A stretch of DNA of 64,000 nucleotides, taken from the NCBI GenBank assembly GCA_965232815.1, contig OZ247427.1:403684-467683 (forward strand), written 5' to 3'. This DNA comes from Dehalococcoidia bacterium. Lineage in GTDB: Bacteria > Chloroflexota > Dehalococcoidia > Lucifugimonadales > UBA3495. Below the pieces are notes generated by a model that was given only the letters and a program-made list of their open reading frames with translations, was not told where the DNA came from and did no database searches. Position numbers and translations under genes: made by a program. This document shows, piece by piece, positions 27,511 to 35,084 of the stretch (its first letter is position 1; the number at the start of each line of letters is the position of its first letter).

Positions 27511-29352
27511 ATGAAAACCGCCTACATCCAGTCCGTCGGCGGCGCCAGCGGCGACATGCTCCTCGGCGCACTCCTCGACGCCGGCCTCCCTCTGGACGCC
27601 ATCCACGCCGCCATCACAGCCCTGAACATCCCCGGCGTCAAAATCAAGGCGGCCGACGAAATCCGCTGCGAAGTCCGCGGAACCCGCGCCCTGGTCGACA
27701 CGTCCGAATCCCCACGCTATTCGCCCCAACAGATGCTCGACGCCGTGGCGGGCGGGACAACGCTATCCGACTCCACGCGCACGCGCGCAACCGCCGTCCT
27801 GAAAGCCCTCTTCGCCGCCGAAGCCCGCGTCCACGGCAACAGTCCCGATGATATCCACCTCCACGAACTCGGCACCGCCGACACCCTCGTGGACGTTGTA
27901 GGAGTCGTCCACGGCCTGGAGCAACTCGGCGTCCAGCGCATCTACGCATCGCCGCTCGTCCTCGGCGAAGCCACTGGCCCGCGCCGACCCGGCGGTTACA
28001 GTAACCCCGCGCCGGCCACCCTCGAAATCATAGCCGCCGCCAGGGCCCCCGTCGCGCCCGACCGACCCTTCCACGCCAACGTCGGCGAACTCACGACCCC
28101 CACCGGCGCAGCCCTCATCACCACCCTCGCCGACGAATACCGCCAGCCCGCCATGACCCTCAACCGCATCGGCGTAGGCGTAGGCGGCAAAAACCCCCCA
28201 GCCTTCCCAAACGTCATCCGCCTCTGGCTCGGCCAGACCGTCCCATCAGTACGCCCCAACCAATCCAATCATTCCCCCGGGCCCAGTGCCGCCGCCCAAT
28301 CCGATCACTCGCCCGAATCCGGCGACCCTGACCATTCCCACGCGTCCGGCGACTCTGACCACTCACTCGCATCCCGCGACTCTGACCATTCCCAACTTTC
28401 CCTTTCCCCCGTTACTCCCGCATCTCCTCGTCATTCCCGCGAAAGCGGGAATCCAGAACCTCCACAATCCGCTATTTCTGAGACTCGCAGAGCACCCCAC
28501 ACCGCTCATGGTGAGCCTGTCGAACCACCAACCGACCAGATTCCGACAGCCGCCCCTGACAGGAACCATCGCACCGATACCTTTTCCCCACGTCATTCCC
28601 GCGAAAGCGGGAATCCAGCACCCTCCCAATCCGCTCATGGTGAGCCTGTCGAACCACGAGCAGCCGGAATGCCAATCGGGTCCGCCGGTGGCAACCGCCA
28701 ATCAGATGTCGAAATGTCGCAAGACCCTGGCACCCATGCCACCCGTCATTCCCCCGAAAGCGGAAATACAGAAACCCTCCAGTCCACTCATAGCGAGCCA
28801 GTCGAACCACGAGCAGCCAGCAACCAACCACCCCCAACCCTAGAAACCGTCCGCGCCGCCGCCCTCGACGCCTACCGGAACCAAGCCGACCCCAACCGTC
28901 ATTCCCGCGAAAGCGGGGGTCCAGAAACCGCCGGCGACCCCAACGTCCCCTTCGCCCGCTGGCAGGACAACATCATCATCCTCGAAACCAACATCGACAA
29001 CGCCACCGGCGAGCAACTCGGATTCGCCATGGACCAGCTCTTCGCCGCCGGAGCCCTCGACGTCTGGCACACCCCCATCCAGATGAAAAAAAACCGCCCC
29101 GGCATCCTCCTGTCAGCCCTGGCGCCCGCCAACCTCGAAACCCAACTGGCCGAAGCCATCCTCCGCCACACCCCAACCCTCGGCGTCCGAGTCCGACCAG
29201 TAGGCCGCTACGTAGCCGACCGCGACACCATAACCGTCCAAACCGAATACGGCCCCATCCGCATCAAACGCAAATGGCTATCCGGCCAAATCCTCACCAT
29301 CTCCCCCGAACACGACGACCTAGTTGCTTTAGCTCGCCACGACCTGTATTAG
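27511..29352 (+). CDS. larC: Nickel-pincer cofactor biosynthesis protein LarC (DUF111) with a greatly expanded inter-domain linker
   Basis: N-terminal 'MKTAYIQSVGGASGDMLLGALLDAG' and 'HELGTADTLVDVVG'. C-terminal 'ILETNIDNATGEQLGFAMDQLFAAGALDVWHTPIQMKKNRPG'. 613 aa; I recall about 400 aa as typical. Confidence 0.85.
   Translation: MKTAYIQSVGGASGDMLLGALLDAGLPLDAIHAAITALNIPGVKIKAADEIRCEVRGTRALVDTSESPRYSPQQMLDAVAGGTTLSDSTRTRATAVLKALFAAEARVHGNSPDDIHLHELGTADTLVDVVGVVHGLEQLGVQRIYASPLVLGEATGPRRPGGYSNPAPATLEIIAAARAPVAPDRPFHANVGELTTPTGAALITTLADEYRQPAMTLNRIGVGVGGKNPPAFPNVIRLWLGQTVPSVRPNQSNHSPGPSAAAQSDHSPESGDPDHSHASGDSDHSLASRDSDHSQLSLSPVTPASPRHSRESGNPEPPQSAISETRRAPHTAHGEPVEPPTDQIPTAAPDRNHRTDTFSPRHSRESGNPAPSQSAHGEPVEPRAAGMPIGSAGGNRQSDVEMSQDPGTHATRHSPESGNTETLQSTHSEPVEPRAASNQPPPTLETVRAAALDAYRNQADPNRHSRESGGPETAGDPNVPFARWQDNIIILETNIDNATGEQLGFAMDQLFAAGALDVWHTPIQMKKNRPGILLSALAPANLETQLAEAILRHTPTLGVRVRPVGRYVADRDTITVQTEYGPIRIKRKWLSGQILTISPEHDDLVALARHDLY
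28249..28956. repeat. Repeat-rich block inside larC: 4 family-A hairpins, 3 family-E hairpins and a short 'gactctgaccat' repeat
   Basis: Family A at 28429..28456, 28591..28618, 28744..28771 and 28897..28924. Family E at 28505..28528, 28634..28660 and 28787..28813. Translated in frame as 'RHSRESGNP' and 'HGEPVEP'. Confidence 0.85.
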
Positions 29353-29354
29353 CG

Positions 29355-30092
29355 TCAATCAGTGCCAAAATAACCGGCATCCATAGCCCAAATCAACATA
29401 CTAGAAAACTCGTTGCTCCGGTGCGTATAGTGCCTTAACCAACGTCGTAGTACCCTATCGGGCTTCCCTGCCGCTTTAAGGGCATTCCACGTCTGCAACG
29501 CTTTCGTTAAATAGTTCCTTCGCAAAAAGGGAAGGTTACGATTAAGGATAGTATCGTCATAGTTTAGGCGTAGGTCCCGGATCGTCCTATTAGCGATATC
29601 TTGGTCAGCTGACGAGTCCAAGTTCGGCTTCGAAACAATTTTGCCGGTCTCAAATTCAATCGAAAAATATCTCTCGACATCATGATCCCTGGGGTTCACG
29701 TAGCCTTGGGCGAACTCAGCTGCGAATCTGCCGTCATCCTTTTCATCGTTACAGCGTTTACACACATACATCAGATTGGTCCACTCGAACGTCTTGGCAT
29801 TGCAGGCGCTGCGTGGGTGGAAATGATCCACACGATTGGCAGATGGAGGGATGTTTGATGTACTGCAAGCCCTTTCACAATAGGCACAGATACCTTCATT
29901 CGGGTTCGGGTTCCCTCTTTCAAATACGGTGGGCAAGCGAGGTGCGCCGAACTGGCCGGCTAACGCGATCATTAGCGTGACATGCTCATCACTTGACAAG
30001 TCCCATACGAACTCACCAGTTTCAGCATTTCTGTGATCCAGTTTAAATGATTCCAAGCAGGCAGGCGATTCTTGGTGTTGGACAGAATGCAT
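29355..30092 (-). CDS. ptuB: HNH endonuclease, TIGR02646/PtuB-like (Septu nuclease component)
   Basis: 'CAYCE...VDHFHPRS...WTNLMYVCKRCNDEK' is an HNH core. The downstream 'YVNPRD...ANRTIRDLRLNYDD' fits my recollection of the TIGR02646 family. The ATG overlaps the upstream TAA (TAATG). Confidence 0.75.
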   Translation of the reverse strand: MHSVQHQESPACLESFKLDHRNAETGEFVWDLSSDEHVTLMIALAGQFGAPRLPTVFERGNPNPNEGICAYCERACSTSNIPPSANRVDHFHPRSACNAKTFEWTNLMYVCKRCNDEKDDGRFAAEFAQGYVNPRDHDVERYFSIEFETGKIVSKPNLDSSADQDIANRTIRDLRLNYDDTILNRNLPFLRRNYLTKALQTWNALKAAGKPDRVLRRWLRHYTHRSNEFSSMLIWAMDAGYFGTD

Positions 30093-31492
30093 TATTCATT
30101 CCCCTCATCTGCTTCAGTCCCGTCATCATCATCCAACAGGTGGGCCAGTTGCTCCAAAAATAACTGATTTTGGGCGGCGATTGGCCCTCCAGCTTCCAAA
30201 TCCCTGCTCACCATGGTCCGCAACTTGTCTGATGCGTCCTGCAACCATGTAGCCGCATCATTCCCAGGTTCCGGCTCCGCCTGCGCCAACAACCAGCGGA
30301 GCGCGGCATTTTCGTCAGGGGTCGTTTCAGCGCTATCGGCCAACTGGACTATTTTCGCGTGAAGCCATTCCTCAGCTTCCCCGGGGGCAGGGCTTTGAGC
30401 GCGGATCCATCGCAAAGTTGCTGCGGCCTCTGCCGTCCGGTCATCGGTTGGATCATGGATCTCCATGAACTCCCGAAGGATCTCCTCCACTGTCCACCCC
30501 CTAATTCTCTCTTTATTCGGGGTAGCGTAGACGATGCCATTTCCCTCTCGGGACAATCGATGCACTTGACCGCTGTTCAATCCGGCAATCACGAATGGAG
30601 AATGGGTGGTAGCAAAAACCTGCAACTTGGGGAAGTGTTCCCGTAGCGCAAAGAGGATCCTCCTCTGCCATGCAGGATGTAGATGGTTCTCGATTTCATC
30701 GATTAGCAGAACACCGGGTTCGTTCTGCCAATTGTCGTTAGCGCGCTCGTCGAACCAGCCATGGAAATAAGCCAGCCTCAAAGCTGCGTACAGTATCCAG
30801 AGATATACATTTTGTGTTCCAGCGCTCATGTCCGCAACGAATGTCCAACCGTCGTTGTCGTCCAGACTGCTCATGCCCATCAGATGGTGGACCTCAGTAA
30901 CGGGGATTAGCTCGCCACGTGCAGTTCGACTGTTGACCCAACTTCTTTCGATATAATCTCCCGGCTTGTCGCCCCTGATGACCTCCGGACAGATCGCCGC
31001 AGCACAAGCCATGGCTTTGACGCCGACTTCCCATATTCGAGAGATCATCTCGGTGTTGTGAATGTCCGAGTAATGATGATTGATCATTGAGGCTACTTCG
31101 GATCCAAAAATCACGGCAGGCGGGTCGCTTGAATCGTTCGGCGGTTCGAATTCCTCATCGTAATACATTCCGATCGGTGCGTACTCTTTGGTTTGCAGCG
31201 GGATCCGAGTAGCTGGAATCCAAACCAATGGCAGGCTCGCTATTTCATTCGTGTCCTCTCCGTTTACGTAAACCTGCCCAATCTTGCCAACCCCTTGTGT
31301 CAAAAATGAGAACAGTTGATGGGGACCTTTGCTTTTGAGAACTCGCAATATTGTCGTCTTTCCAGTGGCATTGGGTCCAATGAAAACATTCACATCCGGA
31401 TCTAGGTTCAAGTCTATCCGGTTGGTGATAGGTAGAACGTTTTGGATCACCGTTCGAGAAATGTAAAGATCCTCAATTGGATCGGTCTTCAT
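30092..31492 (-). CDS. ptuA: ABC/AAA_21-type ATPase, PtuA-like (Septu ATPase component)
   Basis: Walker A 'GPNATGKTT', Walker B/D-loop 'LLIDEIENHLHP' and H-loop 'ATTHSP'. The 'aggaga' RBS supports the ATG at 31492; the track ORF extends to 31555. Sampled lines hand-count to 28/60 and 30/60 G+C. Confidence 0.75.
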   Translation of the reverse strand: MKTDPIEDLYISRTVIQNVLPITNRIDLNLDPDVNVFIGPNATGKTTILRVLKSKGPHQLFSFLTQGVGKIGQVYVNGEDTNEIASLPLVWIPATRIPLQTKEYAPIGMYYDEEFEPPNDSSDPPAVIFGSEVASMINHHYSDIHNTEMISRIWEVGVKAMACAAAICPEVIRGDKPGDYIERSWVNSRTARGELIPVTEVHHLMGMSSLDDNDGWTFVADMSAGTQNVYLWILYAALRLAYFHGWFDERANDNWQNEPGVLLIDEIENHLHPAWQRRILFALREHFPKLQVFATTHSPFVIAGLNSGQVHRLSREGNGIVYATPNKERIRGWTVEEILREFMEIHDPTDDRTAEAAATLRWIRAQSPAPGEAEEWLHAKIVQLADSAETTPDENAALRWLLAQAEPEPGNDAATWLQDASDKLRTMVSRDLEAGGPIAAQNQLFLEQLAHLLDDDDGTEADEGNE

Positions 31493-31572
31493 GGGGCACT
31501 CTCCTATCGGACCATGGTGGTACAAGCGACTTACCGTGCTTCCGGCAATCGTCATGTGCGATTAATCGTGCG

Positions 31573-32724
31573 TCAATACCCCTCCCCCCACAGCCGCCCC
31601 CACTCAGTCCGCAGCGCCTTCCGCACCCGTCCTTTGCCGATCGTATTCAGCCAGTACCCGTTGTGGTACACGTTGCTCGCCGCGTACGCCCACCCGGCCA
31701 GCGGCGACCGCAGCAGCATGTTCTCCAGCGGCTTGAGCGGACCCCAGTAGATCAGCTTCTGACCCTGGCTGGCGAACGTGTTCTCGTTGTCGGCGAAGTT
31801 CCAGTTCACCCGGCTGATATCCGGCTCGTCGCCCACCACCTCGATGTCCCGCATGTCGCCCACGCCCAGGCCGCGCTCGTGCGCCAGCCGTATGAACTTT
31901 ATGGACAGCGGATCAAACCCCATCATCGACGCCACCACGGCGTCCACCGCCACCTGGTCAGCCCCCGCCACGATGCGATCCTTGATGTGCCACCGCATCG
32001 CCCGGGGACCCGGCCCGTCGCCGGCAAACGTCCCGTCGGTAACCGCAAAGATGCCTGGGTGTATCTCCTGCTGAATCGCCAGCAGGTCCACCAGCGTCTC
32101 GTGGATCACCGAATGCGTCCAGTGCCGCTTGCGGTGCAGCAACCCGCCGAACGCATTCTTCATCGCCCCAGTCATCGTCGTGAACACGTGCGTCTTCATC
32201 GTCGGCAGATGCACGATGTTCTTGCCCGCGAACAGCGCCGGAATCTCGATCCCCTCGGGATAGATGTCGTACAGCACCTGCATCTCCGCCTTGGGCTCAT
32301 ACAGCACCCACGGCTCCGGCGGCGTGTCCAGGTGCACCGTCCGCAGCCCGTACTTGTCCTGCACCGGCTTGTGCTTGTTGTTCACCTCGCCCTCGAACGA
32401 GTCCACCACCACAGTCCCGTTGTGCGCCGCGATCAACCCGTCGTTGCGATGCCCCATGTTCTGCAGCCCGCGGACCACCCCCTCCAACTGCCACGGCGTA
32501 GTCGAGCACCCGGGATACCAGTGCTGCCACGAGATGTTGATCTTCAGCAGCGTCTCAACATCCGTCGACAACACCCGCTCCGCCCCCGCCAGCCGCATCG
32601 CCCGCTCCACGTCCGCCAGCACCGTCTTCGGCGTCGTCGCCACCACCGACACCACCGGCGATCCAACCCGCCGCTGTCCCGCCGATTCCGGCGCAGTACC
32701 CAACTGTCCCGCAGTAGTCATCAA
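31573..32724 (-). CDS. DUF362-domain protein
   Basis: 'LLKINISW...', 'HLPTMKTHVFTTMTGAMKNAFGGL' and 'AVTDGTFAGDGPGP' form a DUF362-like pattern. Confidence 0.78.
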   Translation of the reverse strand: MMTTAGQLGTAPESAGQRRVGSPVVSVVATTPKTVLADVERAMRLAGAERVLSTDVETLLKINISWQHWYPGCSTTPWQLEGVVRGLQNMGHRNDGLIAAHNGTVVVDSFEGEVNNKHKPVQDKYGLRTVHLDTPPEPWVLYEPKAEMQVLYDIYPEGIEIPALFAGKNIVHLPTMKTHVFTTMTGAMKNAFGGLLHRKRHWTHSVIHETLVDLLAIQQEIHPGIFAVTDGTFAGDGPGPRAMRWHIKDRIVAGADQVAVDAVVASMMGFDPLSIKFIRLAHERGLGVGDMRDIEVVGDEPDISRVNWNFADNENTFASQGQKLIYWGPLKPLENMLLRSPLAGWAYAASNVYHNGYWLNTIGKGRVRKALRTEWGRLWGEGY

Positions 32725-32754
32725 AATCCCTCTTGTAGGTTTGCTCGGCCACGT

Positions 32755-32822
32755 GGGAGCGAATAATCATTCGCCCGCCATCAATCCATTACGTCATCCT
32801 GTAAATCCTGTTTATCGCTGTA
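32755..32822. repeat. Degenerate family-C hairpin plus a family-B 27-nt element
   Basis: 'gggagcgaataatcattcgcccgcc' (compare 38254..38279), then 'atcctgtaa atcctgttt atcgctgta' at 32796..32822. Confidence 0.6.
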
Positions 32823-32824
32823 AA

Positions 32825-33955
32825 TTATTTCCCGGCCTTCCGCCGGAAGTGCGGTATCACGTACTCCCCGAACAGCCGGATCGAATTCAAGACCTCTTCG
32901 TTCGTCGCATACCCCGCCTGGAAGATCGGCATGATCTCGTCCACGCCCATCGACTCAAACTCCTCGATCACACGGATGCACGCATCGGGATCACCCACGC
33001 AGTACCCGCCCCCGGCCAGCAGTTCCTCCGGCGTCGGCGGCGCCTGCTGCTGCGGATCCTCAGATGGCCTCGACGGTCCTCCGCCCCGCGCCGCGCCGCC
33101 CTGCACGTAGAACTGGTACTCCTCAGGCACTGCGTCCTGATCCACGCCGGCCCATTCCAGCACGAACCGCTGCCGGCTCTGCTCCAGGTACCACGCCGCA
33201 ACCTCCGCGCCCTTCTGCCGCGCCTTGGCGTCGTCCTCGTCGCAGAACCCGATCGTCGACGCCACCACCTGCCGATTCGTGAACCGTCCCACCGGATTGG
33301 CGTTCTCGATGCTCTCGTAGTACGCGTTCACCAGACCCCGCGTCTTGTCCGTCCCGCCCAGCGTATTCACCAGGCACCCGACGCCCAACTGACCCGCCAG
33401 CCGGAAGGTGTCCTCCTGCGTGCACGCCATCCACAGCGGCGGATGCGGTTTCTGCAACGGACGCGGAATCACCTCGCGCGGCGGTATCGTCCAGTTCTCC
33501 CCGTCGTGGCTGAACACCTCGTCGCACCACATCCGAGGCAGGCACTCCAGCGTCTCCACCATCATGCTCTGCGTCGTCGCCACGTCCGTCCCGAACGGCG
33601 TCAACTGATACGGCCCCTTGGTCCGCCCGACTCCGACATCCACTCGACCGTCGCTCAAAATGTCCAGCGTCGACGCCCGCGCCGCCACATGCAGCGGATG
33701 ATGCACTGGCGCCAGCACCACGCCGAACCCCAGCCGCATCTTCTTTGTGTGCTGCGCCATCACCGCCAGCATCACCTCCGGCGCCGACGAGTGCGCGAAC
33801 TCCGTCAGGAAGTGGTGCTCCACCAGCCATACCCGCTCGAACCCCATCTCCTCCGCATACTGCACCTGCCGCACCGCGTCCCACAGCGTGTCGTACTCCG
33901 CCGTATCCGTCCACGGACGCGGCATCTGCAACTCATAAAACATCCCAAACTTCAT
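32825..33955 (-). CDS. LLM-class flavin-dependent oxidoreductase (luciferase-like monooxygenase)
   Basis: 'MKFGMFYELQ...AEEMGFERVWLVEHHF' and 'LDILSDGRVDVGVGR'. The ATG at 33955 has a 'ggag' RBS, and the track start is TTG. Confidence 0.88.
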   Translation of the reverse strand: MKFGMFYELQMPRPWTDTAEYDTLWDAVRQVQYAEEMGFERVWLVEHHFLTEFAHSSAPEVMLAVMAQHTKKMRLGFGVVLAPVHHPLHVAARASTLDILSDGRVDVGVGRTKGPYQLTPFGTDVATTQSMMVETLECLPRMWCDEVFSHDGENWTIPPREVIPRPLQKPHPPLWMACTQEDTFRLAGQLGVGCLVNTLGGTDKTRGLVNAYYESIENANPVGRFTNRQVVASTIGFCDEDDAKARQKGAEVAAWYLEQSRQRFVLEWAGVDQDAVPEEYQFYVQGGAARGGGPSRPSEDPQQQAPPTPEELLAGGGYCVGDPDACIRVIEEFESMGVDEIMPIFQAGYATNEEVLNSIRLFGEYVIPHFRRKAGK

Positions 33956-33977
33956 AAGGTGTTTCTCCAATCCGCGC

Positions 33978-34051
33978 CGTCATTCCTGCTAAAGCAGGAA
34001 CCCAGAAAAATCATATCACCCAATATCCTGTCCATCCTGTGTATCCTTGTA
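33978..34051. repeat. Family-A hairpin followed by a family-B element
   Basis: 'cgtcattcctgctaaagcaggaacccag' at 33978..34005. 'atcctgtcc atcctgtgt atccttgta' at 34025..34051. Confidence 0.75.
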
Positions 34052-34060
34052 AAACCGTCC

Positions 34061-34858
34061 TCACATCGCCGTCCAACCCCCATCCACCACCAGCATCTGC
34101 CCCGTCGTCGCCCCCGCCGACTCGCTCGCCAGGTAGATCGCCGCCCCCACCAACTCCTCCGGATCCATCCTCCGACCCAGCGGCATCTTCACCAACATCT
34201 CAGCCTCCACCTCGTCGGCGTCCCGCGTCTCCGCCTCCACCACTCCCGGCGTCAGCGTCGGCCCCGGCCCGATGGCGTTCACCGTGATGCCATGCTGCGC
34301 CCATTCCAGCGCCAGCACCCGCGTCAGGTTCAGCAGCCCGCCCTTGCTCGCGCAGTACGCCGCGCGATTAGTCGCGCCCACCAGCGCCATCTGCGACGCG
34401 ATGTTGATGATGCGTCCGTACCCTTGCGGAATCATCAGCCGCGCCGCCGCCTGCGCGCAGAAAAACGCTCCCTTCAGGTTCGTGTCCATCACCGCGTCCC
34501 AGTCCTCCTCCGTCACCTCTAGCGCCGGCGCACGCCGTCGGATACCCGCGTTGTTCACCAGTATGTCCAGCCCGCCCAAATCGCGTTCAATCTGCCGTAT
34601 CGTCGGCCTGATCTCCCCAACGTCCTGAACATCCATGTCAACGGAGACGCCCACCTGCCCTTCGTTGCGGATCTTCCAGACCGTTTCCGCCAGCCCTTCC
34701 CATGACTCATCCGACGCCAGGTCGCAAACCGCCACGTCCGCGCCCGCCTGCGCCAACCCCACCGCCAGCGTCGCCCCAATCCCCCGCGCCGCTCCCGTAA
34801 CCAGCGCCTTGCGCCCCGTCAAATCCAAACCCGCGTATGCCATCTGAAATCTCCCCAA
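34061..34858 (-). CDS. SDR-family oxidoreductase (FabG/gluconate-5-dehydrogenase-like)
   Basis: 'VTGAARGIG', 'NNAG' and 'YCASKGG' give the classical SDR TGxxxGxG, NNAG and YxxxK motifs. Confidence 0.9.
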   Translation of the reverse strand: MGRFQMAYAGLDLTGRKALVTGAARGIGATLAVGLAQAGADVAVCDLASDESWEGLAETVWKIRNEGQVGVSVDMDVQDVGEIRPTIRQIERDLGGLDILVNNAGIRRRAPALEVTEEDWDAVMDTNLKGAFFCAQAAARLMIPQGYGRIINIASQMALVGATNRAAYCASKGGLLNLTRVLALEWAQHGITVNAIGPGPTLTPGVVEAETRDADEVEAEMLVKMPLGRRMDPEELVGAAIYLASESAGATTGQMLVVDGGWTAM

Positions 34859-34901
34859 TTACCATTCCGAGTTCGCCGGATTATACCCGACTCCCCAATC
34901 A

Positions 34902-34989
34902 CACCCGCTCATCTAGCCTATCTCATACGCTCATCTCCCCAGTCCCACCTGCTCATCTCCTCTATCTCACCCGCTCATCCTGAGCCTGT
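34902..34989. repeat. Four tandem 22-nt repeats
   Basis: 'cacccgctcatctagcctatct / catacgctcatctccccagtcc / cacctgctcatctcctctatct / cacccgctcatcctgagcctgt'. The last unit merges into the family-E hairpin at 34976..34998. Confidence 0.8.
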
Positions 34990-35057
34990 CGAAGGATGCC
35001 GCAATCCCGTCCACGGCCAGCCTGTTGAACCACCATCCATCCGAAAACAACCAAATC

Positions 35058-35084
35058 ATCCTGCAAATCCTGCCCATCCATGCA
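35058..35084. repeat. Family-B 27-nt element
   Basis: 'atcctgcaa atcctgccc atccatgca'. Confidence 0.65.

Noticed and set aside
28286-28843. 185-aa ORF ('VIPAKAGIQ...' repeats) and minus-strand ORFs 28363..28837 inside larC
   Set aside because: They are translations of the same family-A/E repeat copies in other frames. They are open only because the repeats lack stops. There is no independent start signal.
28249-28956. Possible CRISPR array, given the regularly recurring hairpin repeats (also considered for 34902..34989)
   Set aside because: The repeat units are heterogeneous and composite (A + E). Spacing is irregular, at about 135-165 nt. The same elements are dispersed singly across the window, and no cas genes are present. 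The 22-nt tandem units have no spacers at all.
32264-34522. 752-aa plus-strand ORF
   Set aside because: It runs antisense across the DUF362, LLM and SDR genes and through intergenic repeats. Its composition is Arg/Pro/His-rich and it has no domain signature.
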